Positions 22,464 to 35,708 of a DNA stretch of 64,000 bases are shown here, in pieces. The first letter of the stretch is position 1. Every line of letters starts with the position of its first letter. The notes beneath the pieces were generated by a model. That model worked only from the letters and a program-made list of their open reading frames with translations. It had not been told where the DNA came from and searched no databases. The DNA comes from Escherichia coli (GTDB lineage Bacteria; Pseudomonadota; Gammaproteobacteria; Enterobacterales; Enterobacteriaceae). The stretch lies in NCBI RefSeq assembly GCF_003334765.1, contig NZ_QOWT01000008.1. One strand, 5' to 3'. A program made the translations under genes and the position numbers.

Positions 22464-23640
22464 ATTGCAGACCGCGCTCTTTCAGGCGTTCGATACCCTG
22501 AATCTGCAACGGGTAAAAACATTTAGCGTTCCACCGGTGACGCTTTGCGGTCCGGGCTCGGTGAGCAGTTGCGGACAGCAAGCGCAAACGCGTGGGCTGA
22601 AACATCTGTTCGTGATGGCAGACAGCTTTTTGCATCAGGCAGGGATGACCGCCGGGCTGACGCGTAGCCTGACCGTTAAAGGTATCGCCATGACGCTCTG
22701 GCCATGTCCGGTGGGCGAACCGTGCATTACCGACGTGTGTGCAGCCGTGGCGCAGTTGCGTGAGTCAGGCTGTGATGGGGTGATCGCGTTTGGCGGCGGC
22801 TCGGTGCTGGATGCGGCGAAAGCCGTGACGTTGCTGGTGACGAACCCGGATAGCACGCTGGCAGAGATGTCAGAAACCAGCGTTCTGCAACCGCGCTTGC
22901 CGCTGATTGCCATTCCAACTACCGCCGGAACCGGCTCTGAAACCACCAATGTAACGGTGATTATCGACGCGGTGAGCGGGCGCAAGCAGGTGTTAGCCCA
23001 TGCCTCGCTGATGCCGGATGTGGCGATCCTCGACGCCGCATTGACCGAAGGTGTGCCGTCGCATGTCACGGCGATGACCGGCATTGATGCGTTAACCCAT
23101 GCCATTGAAGCATACAGCGCCCTGAACGCTACACCGTTTACCGACAGTCTGGCGATTGGTGCCATTGCGATGATTGGCAAATCGCTGCCGAAAGCGGTGG
23201 GCTACGGTCACGACCTTGCCGCGCGCGAGAGCATGTTGCTGGCTTCATGTATGGCGGGAATGGCGTTTTCCAGTGCGGGTCTTGGGTTGTGCCACGCGAT
23301 GGCGCATCAGCCGGGCGCGGCGCTGCATATTCCGCACGGTCTCGCGAACGCCATGTTGCTGCCAACGGTGATGGAATTTAACCGGATGGTTTGTCGTGAA
23401 CGCTTTAGTCAGATTGGTCGGGCACTGCGAACTAAAAAATCCGACGATCGTGACGCTATTAACGCGGTAAGTGAGCTGATTGCGGAAGTTGGGATTGGTA
23501 AACGACTGGGCGATGTTGGTGCGACATCTGCGCATTACGGCGCATGGGCGCAGGCCGCGCTGGAAGATATTTGTCTGCGCAGTAACCCGCGTACCGCCAG
23601 CCTGGAGCAGATTGTCGGCCTGTACGCAGCGGCGCAATAA
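22453..23640 (+). CDS. eutG: EutG, iron-containing alcohol dehydrogenase
   Basis: Internal ATG 22453 after GGAGGGG gives 395 aa starting MQNELQTALFQ; ORF-track start 22426 is GTG. Confidence 0.9.
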   Translation: MQNELQTALFQAFDTLNLQRVKTFSVPPVTLCGPGSVSSCGQQAQTRGLKHLFVMADSFLHQAGMTAGLTRSLTVKGIAMTLWPCPVGEPCITDVCAAVAQLRESGCDGVIAFGGGSVLDAAKAVTLLVTNPDSTLAEMSETSVLQPRLPLIAIPTTAGTGSETTNVTVIIDAVSGRKQVLAHASLMPDVAILDAALTEGVPSHVTAMTGIDALTHAIEAYSALNATPFTDSLAIGAIAMIGKSLPKAVGYGHDLAARESMLLASCMAGMAFSSAGLGLCHAMAHQPGAALHIPHGLANAMLLPTVMEFNRMVCRERFSQIGRALRTKKSDDRDAINAVSELIAEVGIGKRLGDVGATSAHYGAWAQAALEDICLRSNPRTASLEQIVGLYAAAQ

Positions 23641-23642
23641 AT

Positions 23643-23826
<184 letters not shown>

Positions 23827-23856
23827 ATAAATAACAACTAACAGGGAGTAAAGGCG

Positions 23857-25083
23857 ATGGGAATTAACGAAATCATCATGTACATCATGATGTTCTTTAT
23901 GCTGATAGCTGCCGTAGACAGGATCCTGTCGCAGTTCGGCGGTTCTGCTCGTTTCCTCGGTAAGTTCGGTAAAAGTATCGAAGGATCAGGCGGTCAGTTC
24001 GAAGAAGGCTTTATGGCAATGGGCGCACTGGGCCTGGCGATGGTCGGTATGACCGCGCTGGCACCGGTACTGGCTCACGTTCTCGGGCCGGTAATTATTC
24101 CGGTTTACGAAATGCTCGGCGCTAACCCATCGATGTTCGCCGGAACACTGCTGGCGTGCGATATGGGCGGCTTCTTCCTCGCCAAAGAGCTGGCGGGCGG
24201 CGACGTAGCCGCGTGGCTATACTCTGGGTTAATTCTCGGGTCGATGATGGGGCCAACGATTGTGTTTTCCATTCCGGTGGCGCTCGGCATTATCGAACCT
24301 TCTGACCGTCGTTATCTGGCGCTCGGCGTGCTGGCGGGCATTGTGACCATTCCGATTGGTTGTATCGCTGGTGGTCTGGTTGCTATGTACTCCGGTGTGC
24401 AGATCAACGGCCAGCCGGTGGAATTCACTTTCGCCCTGATCCTGATGAACATGATCCCGGTGATCATTGTTGCGATTCTGGTGGCGCTGGGGCTGAAATT
24501 CATCCCGGAAAAAATGATCAACGGCTTCCAGATCTTCGCCAAATTCCTCGTTGCATTGATCACCCTCGGTCTTGCCGCTGCGGTAGTGAAATTCCTGCTT
24601 GGCTGGGAACTGATCCCCGGTCTGGATCCTATCTTTATGGCCCCTGGCGATAAACCCGGTGAGGTGATGCGCGCCATTGAAGTTATCGGTTCTATCTCCT
24701 GCGTTCTGTTAGGGGCGTATCCGATGGTGCTGCTGCTGACTCGCTGGTTTGAAAAACCGCTGATGAGCGTCGGTAAAGTACTGAATATGAACAACATCGC
24801 GGCAGCCGGCATGGTGGCAACGCTTGCCAACAACATCCCGATGTTCGGCATGATGAAGCAGATGGATACCCGCGGCAAAGTCATCAACTGCGCCTTCGCC
24901 GTTTCCGCTGCTTTCGCCCTGGGCGACCACTTAGGCTTCGCCGCTGCCAACATGAACGCCATGATCTTCCCGATGATTGTCGGCAAGTTGATCGGCGGCG
25001 TAACGGCGATTGGCGTGGCGATGATGCTGGTGCCAAAAGAAGACGCGACCGCGACTAAAACCGAAGCGGAGGCACAATCGTGA
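23857..25083 (+). CDS. eutH: EutH, ethanolamine permease
   Basis: 408 aa polytopic membrane protein. Confidence 0.95.
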   Translation: MGINEIIMYIMMFFMLIAAVDRILSQFGGSARFLGKFGKSIEGSGGQFEEGFMAMGALGLAMVGMTALAPVLAHVLGPVIIPVYEMLGANPSMFAGTLLACDMGGFFLAKELAGGDVAAWLYSGLILGSMMGPTIVFSIPVALGIIEPSDRRYLALGVLAGIVTIPIGCIAGGLVAMYSGVQINGQPVEFTFALILMNMIPVIIVAILVALGLKFIPEKMINGFQIFAKFLVALITLGLAAAVVKFLLGWELIPGLDPIFMAPGDKPGEVMRAIEVIGSISCVLLGAYPMVLLLTRWFEKPLMSVGKVLNMNNIAAAGMVATLANNIPMFGMMKQMDTRGKVINCAFAVSAAFALGDHLGFAAANMNAMIFPMIVGKLIGGVTAIGVAMMLVPKEDATATKTEAEAQS

Positions 25084-26483
25084 ACACTCGCCAGCTATTG
25101 AGCGTCGGTATCGATATCGGCACCACCACCACCCAGGTGATTTTCTCCCGGCTGGAGCTGGTTAACCGTGCGGCGGTGTCGCAGGTGCCGCGCTACGAAT
25201 TCATTAAACGCGAAATTAGCTGGCAAAGTCCGGTGTTCTTTACCCCTGTCGATAAACAGGGCGGTTTAAAAGAAGCGGAACTGAAAACCTTAATACTCGA
25301 GCAATATCATGCTGCGGGTATTGAGCCGGAAAGCGTTGATTCTGGTGCCATCATCATCACCGGTGAAAGCGCGAAAACCCGCAATGCTCGCCCGGCGGTG
25401 ATGGCGCTCTCTCAGTCGCTGGGCGATTTTGTCGTTGCCAGCGCCGGGCCGCACCTCGAATCCGTGATCGCCGGTCACGGAGCCGGGGCACAAACCCTTT
25501 CTGAACAACGGCTGTGTCGGGTACTGAATATCGACATCGGCGGTGGCACCGCGAACTACGCCCTGTTCGATGCCGGAAAAATCAGCGGCACTGCCTGCCT
25601 CAACGTCGGTGGTCGCCTGCTGGAAACCGACAGCCACGGGCGCGTGGTTTACGCTCATAAACCGGGGCAGATGATTGTGGATGAGTGCTTCGGTGCAGGC
25701 ACCGACGCCCGTTCGCTGACCGGCGCGCAGCTGGTGCAGGTGACCCGGCGGATGGCAGAACTGATTGTCGAAGTGATTGACGGAACGCTCTCACCGCTCG
25801 CGCAGGCATTGATGCAAACCGGTTTGCTGCCCGCAGGTGTTACGCCCGAAATCATTACGCTTTCTGGCGGCGTGGGCGAATGTTATCGCCACCAGCCCGC
25901 CGACCCGTTCTGTTTTGCCGATATTGGCCCGCTGCTGGCAACTGCGCTGCATGACCATCCGCGCCTGCGTGAGATGAACGTACAGTTTCCGGCGCAAACC
26001 GTGCGCGCCACGGTGATTGGCGCGGGCGCGCATGCCCTTTCGCTCTCTGGCAGCACAATCTGGCTTGAGGGCGTACAACTGCCGCTGCGCAATTTGCCGG
26101 TGGCGATCCCGATTGATGAAACGGATCTGGTGGGGGCCTGGCAACAGGCGCTGATTCAGCTGGATCTTGATCCCAAAACTGACGCGTACGTGCTGGCGCT
26201 TCCCGCCTCGCTGCCTGTGCGTTACGCCGCGGTACTGACGGTCATCAACGCGTTGGTCGATTTCGTCGCGCGTTTTCCGAATCCGCATCCCCTGCTGGTG
26301 GTGGCCGGGCAGGACTTTGGTAAAGCTCTGGGCATGTTGTTGCGCCCACAGCTACAACAACTCCCGTTGGCAGTCATTGACGAAGTGATTGTCCGCGCGG
26401 GGGACTATATCGACATTGGTACGCCTCTTTTTGGCGGATCGGTTGTGCCGGTGACGGTGAAATCACTCGCATTTCCTTCCTGA
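25080..26483 (+). CDS. eutA: EutA, ethanolamine ammonia-lyase reactivase
   Basis: 467 aa; 4-nt overlap with eutH. Confidence 0.95.
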   Translation: MNTRQLLSVGIDIGTTTTQVIFSRLELVNRAAVSQVPRYEFIKREISWQSPVFFTPVDKQGGLKEAELKTLILEQYHAAGIEPESVDSGAIIITGESAKTRNARPAVMALSQSLGDFVVASAGPHLESVIAGHGAGAQTLSEQRLCRVLNIDIGGGTANYALFDAGKISGTACLNVGGRLLETDSHGRVVYAHKPGQMIVDECFGAGTDARSLTGAQLVQVTRRMAELIVEVIDGTLSPLAQALMQTGLLPAGVTPEIITLSGGVGECYRHQPADPFCFADIGPLLATALHDHPRLREMNVQFPAQTVRATVIGAGAHALSLSGSTIWLEGVQLPLRNLPVAIPIDETDLVGAWQQALIQLDLDPKTDAYVLALPASLPVRYAAVLTVINALVDFVARFPNPHPLLVVAGQDFGKALGMLLRPQLQQLPLAVIDEVIVRAGDYIDIGTPLFGGSVVPVTVKSLAFPS

Positions 26484-26494
26484 GGGAACGACTT

Positions 26495-27856
26495 ATGAAA
26501 CTAAAGACCACATTGTTCGGCAATGTATATCAGTTTAAGGATGTAAAAGAGGTGCTGGCTAAAGCCAACGAACTGCGTTCGGGGGATGTGCTGGCGGGCG
26601 TCGCAGCGGCAAGCTCACAGGAGCGCGTGGCGGCAAAGCAGGTGTTGTCGGAAATGACCGTAGCGGACATCCGCAATAATCCGGTGATTGCCTATGAAGA
26701 TGACTGCGTGACGCGGCTGATTCAGGACGATGTTAACGAAACGGCCTACAACCAGATTAAAAACTGGAGCATCAGCGAACTGCGTGAGTATGTGCTGAGC
26801 GATGAAACCAGCGTGGACGACATTGCCTTTACCCGCAAAGGGCTGACCTCGGAAGTGGTCGCGGCGGTAGCGAAGATTTGCTCCAACGCGGACCTGATCT
26901 ACGGCGCGAAGAAAATGCCGGTAATCAAAAAGGCCAATACCACCATCGGTATTCCGGGCACCTTTAGCGCCCGTTTGCAGCCAAATGACACCCGTGACGA
27001 CGTGCAAAGTATCGCCGCGCAAATCTACGAAGGGCTTTCCTTCGGGGTGGGCGATGCGGTGATCGGCGTTAACCCGGTGACTGACGACGTGGAAAACTTA
27101 AGCCGCGTGTTGGATACCATCTATGGCGTGATCGACAAATTCAACATCCCAACTCAGGGCTGTGTACTGGCGCACGTCACCACCCAGATCGAAGCGATCC
27201 GTCGTGGCGCACCGGGCGGGCTGATTTTCCAGAGTATCTGTGGCAGCGAAAAAGGGCTGAAAGAGTTTGGCGTGGAGCTGGCGATGCTCGACGAAGCGCG
27301 CGCAGTGGGCGCGGAGTTCAACCGTATCGCCGGGGAAAACTGCCTCTACTTCGAAACCGGACAAGGCTCTGCGCTATCCGCTGGCGCTAACTTCGGCGCA
27401 GACCAGGTAACGATGGAAGCACGTAACTACGGGCTGGCGCGTCATTACGATCCGTTTATCGTCAACACCGTGGTCGGCTTTATTGGGCCGGAGTATCTCT
27501 ACAACGACCGCCAGATTATCCGTGCTGGCTTAGAAGATCACTTTATGGGCAAGCTGAGCGGCATCTCTATGGGCTGTGACTGCTGTTATACCAACCACGC
27601 TGACGCTGACCAGAACCTCAACGAAAACCTGATGATCCTGCTCGCCACCGCAGGCTGCAACTACATCATGGGGATGCCGCTGGGTGATGACATCATGCTC
27701 AACTACCAGACCACCGCATTCCACGATACCGCCACTGTGCGTCAGTTACTCAACCTGCGCCCGTCACCGGAGTTTGAACGCTGGCTGGAAAGCATGGGCA
27801 TTATGGCAAACGGTCGCCTGACCAAACGGGCGGGCGATCCGTCACTGTTCTTCTGA
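26495..27856 (+). CDS. eutB: EutB, ethanolamine ammonia-lyase large subunit
   Basis: 453 aa; GAGGGAA RBS; only 11 nt after eutA. Confidence 0.97.
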   Translation: MKLKTTLFGNVYQFKDVKEVLAKANELRSGDVLAGVAAASSQERVAAKQVLSEMTVADIRNNPVIAYEDDCVTRLIQDDVNETAYNQIKNWSISELREYVLSDETSVDDIAFTRKGLTSEVVAAVAKICSNADLIYGAKKMPVIKKANTTIGIPGTFSARLQPNDTRDDVQSIAAQIYEGLSFGVGDAVIGVNPVTDDVENLSRVLDTIYGVIDKFNIPTQGCVLAHVTTQIEAIRRGAPGGLIFQSICGSEKGLKEFGVELAMLDEARAVGAEFNRIAGENCLYFETGQGSALSAGANFGADQVTMEARNYGLARHYDPFIVNTVVGFIGPEYLYNDRQIIRAGLEDHFMGKLSGISMGCDCCYTNHADADQNLNENLMILLATAGCNYIMGMPLGDDIMLNYQTTAFHDTATVRQLLNLRPSPEFERWLESMGIMANGRLTKRAGDPSLFF

Positions 27857-27876
27857 TGACGCGGAGATAACATATC

Positions 27877-28764
27877 ATGGATCAAAAACAGATTGAAGAA
27901 ATTGTACGCAGCGTGATGGCGTCAATGGGACAAGCGGCCCCCGCGCCGTCAGAAGCAAAGTGCGCCACCACCAACTGTGCGGCACCGGTGACCTCGGAAA
28001 GCTGTGCGCTGGATTTAGGTTCCGCTGAAGCAAAAGCGTGGATTGGTGTTGAAAATCCGCATCGCGCAGACGTATTAACAGAACTGCGCCGCAGCACCGT
28101 GGCCCGCGTTTGTACCGGTCGTGCCGGTCCGCGTCCACGTACGCAGGCGCTGCTGCGTTTCCTGGCCGATCACTCTCGTTCGAAAGATACCGTACTGAAA
28201 GAAGTGCCGGAAGAGTGGGTGAAAGCGCAGGGCTTGCTGGAAGTACGCTCTGAAATTAGCGACAAAAATCTCTACCTGACTCGCCCGGATATGGGCCGCC
28301 GCCTGTGTGCAGAAGCTGTTGAAGCGCTGAAAGCGCAGTGTGTTGCCAATCCGGACGTACAGGTCGTTATTTCTGATGGCCTGTCAACTGATGCGATCAC
28401 CGTGAACTACGAAGAGATCCTGCCACCGCTGATGGCGGGCCTGAAACAGGCCGGGCTGAAAGTCGGTACACCATTCTTTGTTCGTTATGGTCGCGTGAAG
28501 ATTGAAGATCAGATCGGTGAGATCCTCGGCGCGAAAGTAGTGATCCTGCTGGTGGGCGAACGTCCGGGGTTGGGTCAGTCAGAAAGCCTCTCCTGCTACG
28601 CCGTTTACTCGCCGCGTATGGCGACCACCGTTGAGGCCGATCGCACCTGTATCTCTAACATTCACCAGGGCGGCACGCCGCCGGTTGAAGCCGCAGCCGT
28701 CATTGTGGATTTGGCGAAACGTATGCTGGAGCAGAAAGCATCCGGCATCAACATGACCCGATAA
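27877..28764 (+). CDS. eutC: EutC, ethanolamine ammonia-lyase small subunit
   Basis: 295 aa. Confidence 0.96.
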
Positions 28765-28773
28765 GGAGGCATC

Positions 28774-29433
28774 ATGCCAGCTTTAGATTTGATTCGACCG
28801 TCTGTCACCGCTATGCGGGTGATTGCCTCCGTTAACGCCGATTTTGCGCGTGAACTGAAATTGCCGCCGCATATTCGTAGCCTCGGTCTGATTTCTGCCG
28901 ACTCCGATGACGTCACCTACATTGCCGCTGATGAAGCGACCAAGCAGGCGATGGTGGAAGTGGTGTATGGCCGCTCGCTATATGCGGGCGCTGCACACGG
29001 CCCGTCACCGACTGCCGGTGAAGTGCTGATTATGCTTGGTGGGCCAAACCCGGCGGAAGTGCGTGCAGGTCTGGATGCGATGATTGCGCATATTGAAAAT
29101 GGCGCAGCTTTCCAGTGGGCTAATGACGCGCAAGATACGGCATTCCTGGCACATGTAGTTTCGCGTACCGGTTCTTATCTCTCATCAACCGCCGGGATCA
29201 CGCTTGGCGATCCGATGGCGTATCTGGTGGCACCGCCGCTGGAAGCGACCTATGGCATTGATGCAGCCCTGAAGTCTGCCGACGTACAGCTGGCGACCTA
29301 TGTCCCGCCACCGTCTGAAACCAACTACTCGGCAGCATTTTTAACCGGTAGCCAGGCAGCGTGTAAAGCAGCCTGTAACGCCTTTACCGATGCAGTGCTG
29401 GAAATCGCGCGTAATCCAATCCAGCGTGCGTAA
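28774..29433 (+). CDS. eutL: EutL, tandem-BMC-domain shell protein
   Basis: 219 aa. Confidence 0.95.
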   Translation: MPALDLIRPSVTAMRVIASVNADFARELKLPPHIRSLGLISADSDDVTYIAADEATKQAMVEVVYGRSLYAGAAHGPSPTAGEVLIMLGGPNPAEVRAGLDAMIAHIENGAAFQWANDAQDTAFLAHVVSRTGSYLSSTAGITLGDPMAYLVAPPLEATYGIDAALKSADVQLATYVPPPSETNYSAAFLTGSQAACKAACNAFTDAVLEIARNPIQRA

Positions 29434-29445
29434 CGGAGGTTGCCG

Positions 29446-29946
29446 ATGATCAATGCACTGGGATTGCTGGAAGTGGACGGCATGGTCGCCGCGATAGATG
29501 CAGCGGATGCCATGCTCAAAGCAGCTAACGTTCGTCTGCTCAGTCACGAAGTGCTTGACCCTGGTCGCTTAACGCTGGTGGTGGAAGGCGATCTGGCGGC
29601 GTGTCGTGCGGCGCTGGACGCAGGTTGTGCTGCCGCGATGCGTACCGGGCGTGTCATCAGCCGCAAGGAGATCGGTCGGCCAGACGATGACACCCAGTGG
29701 CTGGTTACTGGCTTTAACCGCCAGCCGAAGCAACCCGTAAGGGAACCCGACGCGCCAGTTATCGTCGCGGAATCTGCTGACGAGTTGTTGGCGCTGTTAA
29801 CATCAGTACGTCAGGGAATGACGGCAGGAGAAGTGGCTGCCCACTTTGGCTGGCCGCTGGAAAAAGCCAGAAATGCGCTCGAACAGCTCTTTTCTGCCGG
29901 GACGTTACGTAAACGCAGTAGTCGTTATCGTCTCAAGCCCCATTAA
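29446..29946 (+). CDS. eutK: EutK, BMC shell protein with C-terminal helix-turn-helix-like extension
   Basis: ATG 29446 after GGAGG gives 166 aa starting MINALGLLEV; ORF-track start 29440 is TTG. Confidence 0.9.
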   Translation: MINALGLLEVDGMVAAIDAADAMLKAANVRLLSHEVLDPGRLTLVVEGDLAACRAALDAGCAAAMRTGRVISRKEIGRPDDDTQWLVTGFNRQPKQPVREPDAPVIVAESADELLALLTSVRQGMTAGEVAAHFGWPLEKARNALEQLFSAGTLRKRSSRYRLKPH

Positions 29947-29991
29947 CCTGTCGGAGGTGCCGGGTGTCCTACAACACCCGGCATTAACATC

Positions 29992-31044
29992 ATGAAAAAG
30001 ACCCGTACAGCCAATTTGCACCATCTTTATCATGAACCCTTACCCGAAAACCTGAAGCTCACGCCGAAGGTCGAAGTGGATAATGTTCATCAACGACAGA
30101 CAACGGATGTCTATGAACATGCTTTAACGATTACCGCCTGGCAGCAGATTTACGATCAGCTGCATCCGGGCAAGTTTCATGGTGAATTTACGGAAATTCT
30201 ACTCGATGATATTCAGGTTTTTCGTGAATACACCGGTCTGGCGCTGCGTCAGTCGTGCCTGGTCTGGCCGAACTCGTTCTGGTTTGGCATTCCGGCGACG
30301 CGCGGTGAGCAGGGATTTATCGGTTCGCAATGTCTGGGAAGCGCGGAAATCGCCACCCGCCCTGGTGGCACTGAATTTGAACTGAGCACGCCGGATGATT
30401 ACACGATCCTGGGCGTGGTGCTTTCTGAAGATGTCATCACCCGGCAGGCTAACTTTTTGCATAACCCGGATCGGGTATTACATATGTTGCGTAACCAGTC
30501 GGCGCTGGAAGTGAAAGAGCAGCATAAAGCCGCGCTGTGGGGCTTTGTCCAACAGGCGCTGGCGACGTTTTGCGAGAATCCGGAAAATCTCCATCAGCCT
30601 GCAGTGCGAAAAGTGCTGGGGGATAATTTGCTAATGGCGATGGGGGCCATGCTGGAAGAAGCGCAACCAATGGTGACGGCGGAAAGCATCAGTCATCAGA
30701 GTTACCGTCGATTGCTTTCCCGCGCCCGTGAATATGTGCTGGAAAACATGTCCGAACCGGTGACGGTGCTGGATTTGTGTAATCAACTGCATGTCAGCCG
30801 CCGCACGCTACAAAACGCGTTTCACGCTATTTTAGGCATTGGCCCGAACGCGTGGCTGAAACGCATTCGCCTGAACGCCGTACGCCGCGAACTGATAAGT
30901 CCGTGGTCGCAAAGTATGACGGTAAAAGACGCCGCCATGCAGTGGGGATTCTGGCATCTGGGGCAATTTGCCACGGATTACCAGCAGCTGTTTTCCGAGA
31001 AGCCGTCACTGACGCTGCATCAGCGGATGCGGGAGTGGGGGTGA
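29992..31044 (+). CDS. eutR: EutR, AraC-family activator of the eut operon
   Basis: 350 aa; C-terminal AraC-type HTH. Confidence 0.93.
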
Positions 31045-31049
31045 GGGAG

Positions 31050-31952
<903 letters not shown>

Positions 31953-32822
31953 TTATCGCTTTTTCGAATGTGCTTTCTGGTTGTCGAACCAGTGGAAATA
32001 ACTGATCACGCCTTCAGCAATCGCTGTGGCGATTTTCTGACGAAACGCCGCCGTGCCTAACAGCCGTTCTTCTTCCGGGTTGGTGATAAACGAGGTTTCC
32101 ACCAGCACCGAAGGAACCGACGGTGATTTCAACACCACAAATGCCGCTTGTTCGGTGTTGCGGCTGTGCAGTTTATGCACCGGCTTAATCTTCTTCAGAA
32201 TATGCGAGCCGAGCGTCAGACTATTTTTAATGGTATCTGTTTGCACCAGATCAAACAGCACTTGTTGCAATAGGTGATCCTTGTCAGTCGCCTTTTTACC
32301 GGCAACTTCATCGGCGCGGTTTTCGCGTTCAGACAGGTATTTCGCCATTGCGCTACTTGCCCCACGGTTAGAGAGGGCAAATACCGAAGCACCGGCAGCT
32401 TTCGGGTTGGTAAAGCCATCGGCATGAATTGACATAAACAGATCTGCGCCATGTTTATGGGCGATTTCAACGCGATCGTAAAGTGGGATAAACGTATCGC
32501 CAGAACGCGTTAAACGCGCATCAATCCCATGATTACGCAAAATGGAACGGACGTTTTTAGCAATCGCCAGCACCACATGTTTTTCTTTCGAACCGTTGCG
32601 TCCGATCGCTCCGGTATCAATTCCGCCGTGACCTGGATCGAGAACAACGACACGTTTGCCGCCAGATTTTTTGGCTTTCGGCTTGCTGTGTCCGTTGCTG
32701 GTTTTTAAAAGTTCGTCTTTGGCGATGGCTTGCGACATTCCTGACAACGTCAGGGCAGCCAAACCGGCTTTCAGCACCTGGCGGCGCGAAGTGAGTGTTT
32801 TTAGTGGTTTAAAAGTGCTCAT
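31953..32822 (-). CDS. amiA: N-acetylmuramoyl-L-alanine amidase AmiA (Tat-exported)
   Basis: 289 aa; twin-arginine signal TSRRQVLKAG; 3-nt gap to hemF. Confidence 0.95.
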   Translation of the reverse strand: MSTFKPLKTLTSRRQVLKAGLAALTLSGMSQAIAKDELLKTSNGHSKPKAKKSGGKRVVVLDPGHGGIDTGAIGRNGSKEKHVVLAIAKNVRSILRNHGIDARLTRSGDTFIPLYDRVEIAHKHGADLFMSIHADGFTNPKAAGASVFALSNRGASSAMAKYLSERENRADEVAGKKATDKDHLLQQVLFDLVQTDTIKNSLTLGSHILKKIKPVHKLHSRNTEQAAFVVLKSPSVPSVLVETSFITNPEEERLLGTAAFRQKIATAIAEGVISYFHWFDNQKAHSKKR

Positions 32823-33035
32823 ACGGCCTGAGTTGTAATAATAAAGTTCCAGATGTTATATCGTATCGCGTAATCCGTTACGACGGTTTGCTGTTGAGAA
32901 TTGTTTTACTTTTCATTTCAATAGTTGACAACTCCCCATTATGCCACTTTTTCAACCGATTTTCGTCAGATATTGGCTAATTCGACCGTTCACGCCATAA
33001 TCAGCCTTTTAACCCGCAAAAAGGTAACGAATACC

Positions 33036-33461
33036 ATGGAGATACGCGTATTTCGCCAGGAAGATTTCGAAGAGGTCATCACCCTTTGGGAGCGTTGCGA
33101 CTTGCTGCGTCCGTGGAACGATCCGGAAATGGACATCGAGCGTAAGATGAACCATGACGTCAGTTTGTTTTTGGTCGCTGAGGTAAACGGTGACGTGGTC
33201 GGAACGGTGATGGGCGGTTATGACGGGCATCGCGGGTCTGCTTATTATCTTGGCGTGCATCCAGAGTTTCGTGGGCGTGGGATTGCCAATGCGTTGCTTA
33301 ATCGGCTGGAGAAAAAGCTGATTGCTCGTGGCTGCCCGAAAATTCAGATCAATGTGCCGGAAGATAACGACATGGTGCTCGGAATGTATGAACGCCTGGG
33401 ATATGAACACGCCGACGTGCTGAGTCTGGGTAAGCGTTTGATTGAAGATGAAGAGTACTGA
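33036..33461 (+). CDS. ypeA: GNAT acetyltransferase YpeA
   Basis: Internal ATG 33036 gives 141 aa starting [13 protein letters not shown]; ORF-track start is an extension. Confidence 0.88.
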   Translation: MEIRVFRQEDFEEVITLWERCDLLRPWNDPEMDIERKMNHDVSLFLVAEVNGDVVGTVMGGYDGHRGSAYYLGVHPEFRGRGIANALLNRLEKKLIARGCPKIQINVPEDNDMVLGMYERLGYEHADVLSLGKRLIEDEEY

Positions 33462-33897
33462 GTTTCATCCTGTCCATTATGATGCGCACGGTCGCCTGCG
33501 TTTACCCTTGCTCTTCTGGCTTGTGCTATTGCTTCAGGCGCGAACCTGGGTGCTGTTTGTCATTGCCGGTGCGTCGCGCGAGCAGGGTACTGCGCTGCTA
33601 AATCTGTTTTATCCCGATCACGATAATTTCTGGCTGGGGCTGATTCCTGGCATTCCGGCGGTGCTGGCGTTTTTGTTGAGCGGTCGGCGGGCTACGTTTC
33701 CTCGCACCTGGCGTGTACTCTATTTTCTGTTGCTGTTGGCGCAGGTGGTTTTACTTTGCTGGCAACCGTGGCTGTGGCTGAACGGTGAATCCGTTAGCGG
33801 TATCGGTCTGGCGCTGGTAGTGGCGGATATTGTGGCGTTAATCTGGCTGCTGACCAATCGACGTTTACGCGCTTGTTTTAATGAAGTAAAAGAATAA
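33448..33897 (+). CDS. yfeZ: inner-membrane protein YfeZ
   Basis: About 149 aa, hydrophobic; overlaps ypeA 3' end; exact start (33442 or 33448) uncertain. Confidence 0.8.
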   Translation: MKSTEFHPVHYDAHGRLRLPLLFWLVLLLQARTWVLFVIAGASREQGTALLNLFYPDHDNFWLGLIPGIPAVLAFLLSGRRATFPRTWRVLYFLLLLAQVVLLCWQPWLWLNGESVSGIGLALVVADIVALIWLLTNRRLRACFNEVKE

Positions 33898-33957
33898 CGG
33901 CACTTTTTGGTGAATTTGCACTCCAAGCAACGTTATTGAATAACCAAAGGAAGTGAC

Positions 33958-34533
33958 ATGAAATCGCTGCGTTTAATGTTATGCGCTATGCCATTGATGC
34001 TGACCGGCTGTTCCACGATGTCGTCAGTTAACTGGTCTGCCGCTAACCCGTGGAACTGGTTTGGGTCGTCCACCAAAGTGAGCGAGCAGGGCGTGGGTGA
34101 ATTAACGGCGTCCACACCACTGCAAGAACAAGCCATTGCCGATGCGCTTGATGGCGATTATCGCCTGCGCAGCGGAATGAAAACCGCGAACGGCAACGTG
34201 GTGCGCTTTTTTGAAGTGATGAAGGGCGACAACGTGGCGATGGTGATTAACGGCGATCAAGGCACGATCAGTCGCATTGACGTGCTGGATAGCGATATTC
34301 CTGCTGACACCGGTGTTAAAATCGGTACACCGTTTAGCGACCTTTACAGCAAAGCATTTGGCAATTGCCAAAAAGCTGATGGTGATGATAATCGTGCCGT
34401 CGAATGTAAAGCCGAAGGCAGTCAACATATTAGCTACCAGTTCAGCGGGGAATGGCGTGGTCCTGAAGGGTTAATGCCTTCGGACGATACCCTGAAAAAC
34501 TGGAAAGTCAGTAAAATTATCTGGCGGCGTTAA
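33958..34533 (+). CDS. yfeY: lipoprotein YfeY
   Basis: 191 aa; lipobox LTGC after a signal peptide. Confidence 0.85.
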   Translation: MKSLRLMLCAMPLMLTGCSTMSSVNWSAANPWNWFGSSTKVSEQGVGELTASTPLQEQAIADALDGDYRLRSGMKTANGNVVRFFEVMKGDNVAMVINGDQGTISRIDVLDSDIPADTGVKIGTPFSDLYSKAFGNCQKADGDDNRAVECKAEGSQHISYQFSGEWRGPEGLMPSDDTLKNWKVSKIIWRR

Positions 34534-34544
34534 TTTGCGTCTGA

Positions 34545-35528
<984 letters not shown>

Positions 35529-35610
35529 GCGTTTCTGATTCATTGATTAAAGGCCAGGCAGTAACATTACTGACTGGCCTCAGATTGTTGACCAAGTGCG
35601 CGTTGTACAC

Positions 35611-35708
35611 GCCGGATGCGGCGTGAACGCCTTATCCGGCCTACGAAATCGTGCTAATTCAATATATTGTGGGCTCCACGTAGGCCTGATAAGCGTAGCG
35701 CATCAGGC
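35611..35708. repeat. BIME (two inverted REP palindromes around a spacer)
   Basis: GCCGGATGCGGCGTGAACGCCTTATCCGGCCTAC ... GTAGGCCTGATAAGCGTAGCGCATCAGGC; same element type recurs inverted at 46542-46639. Confidence 0.75.
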
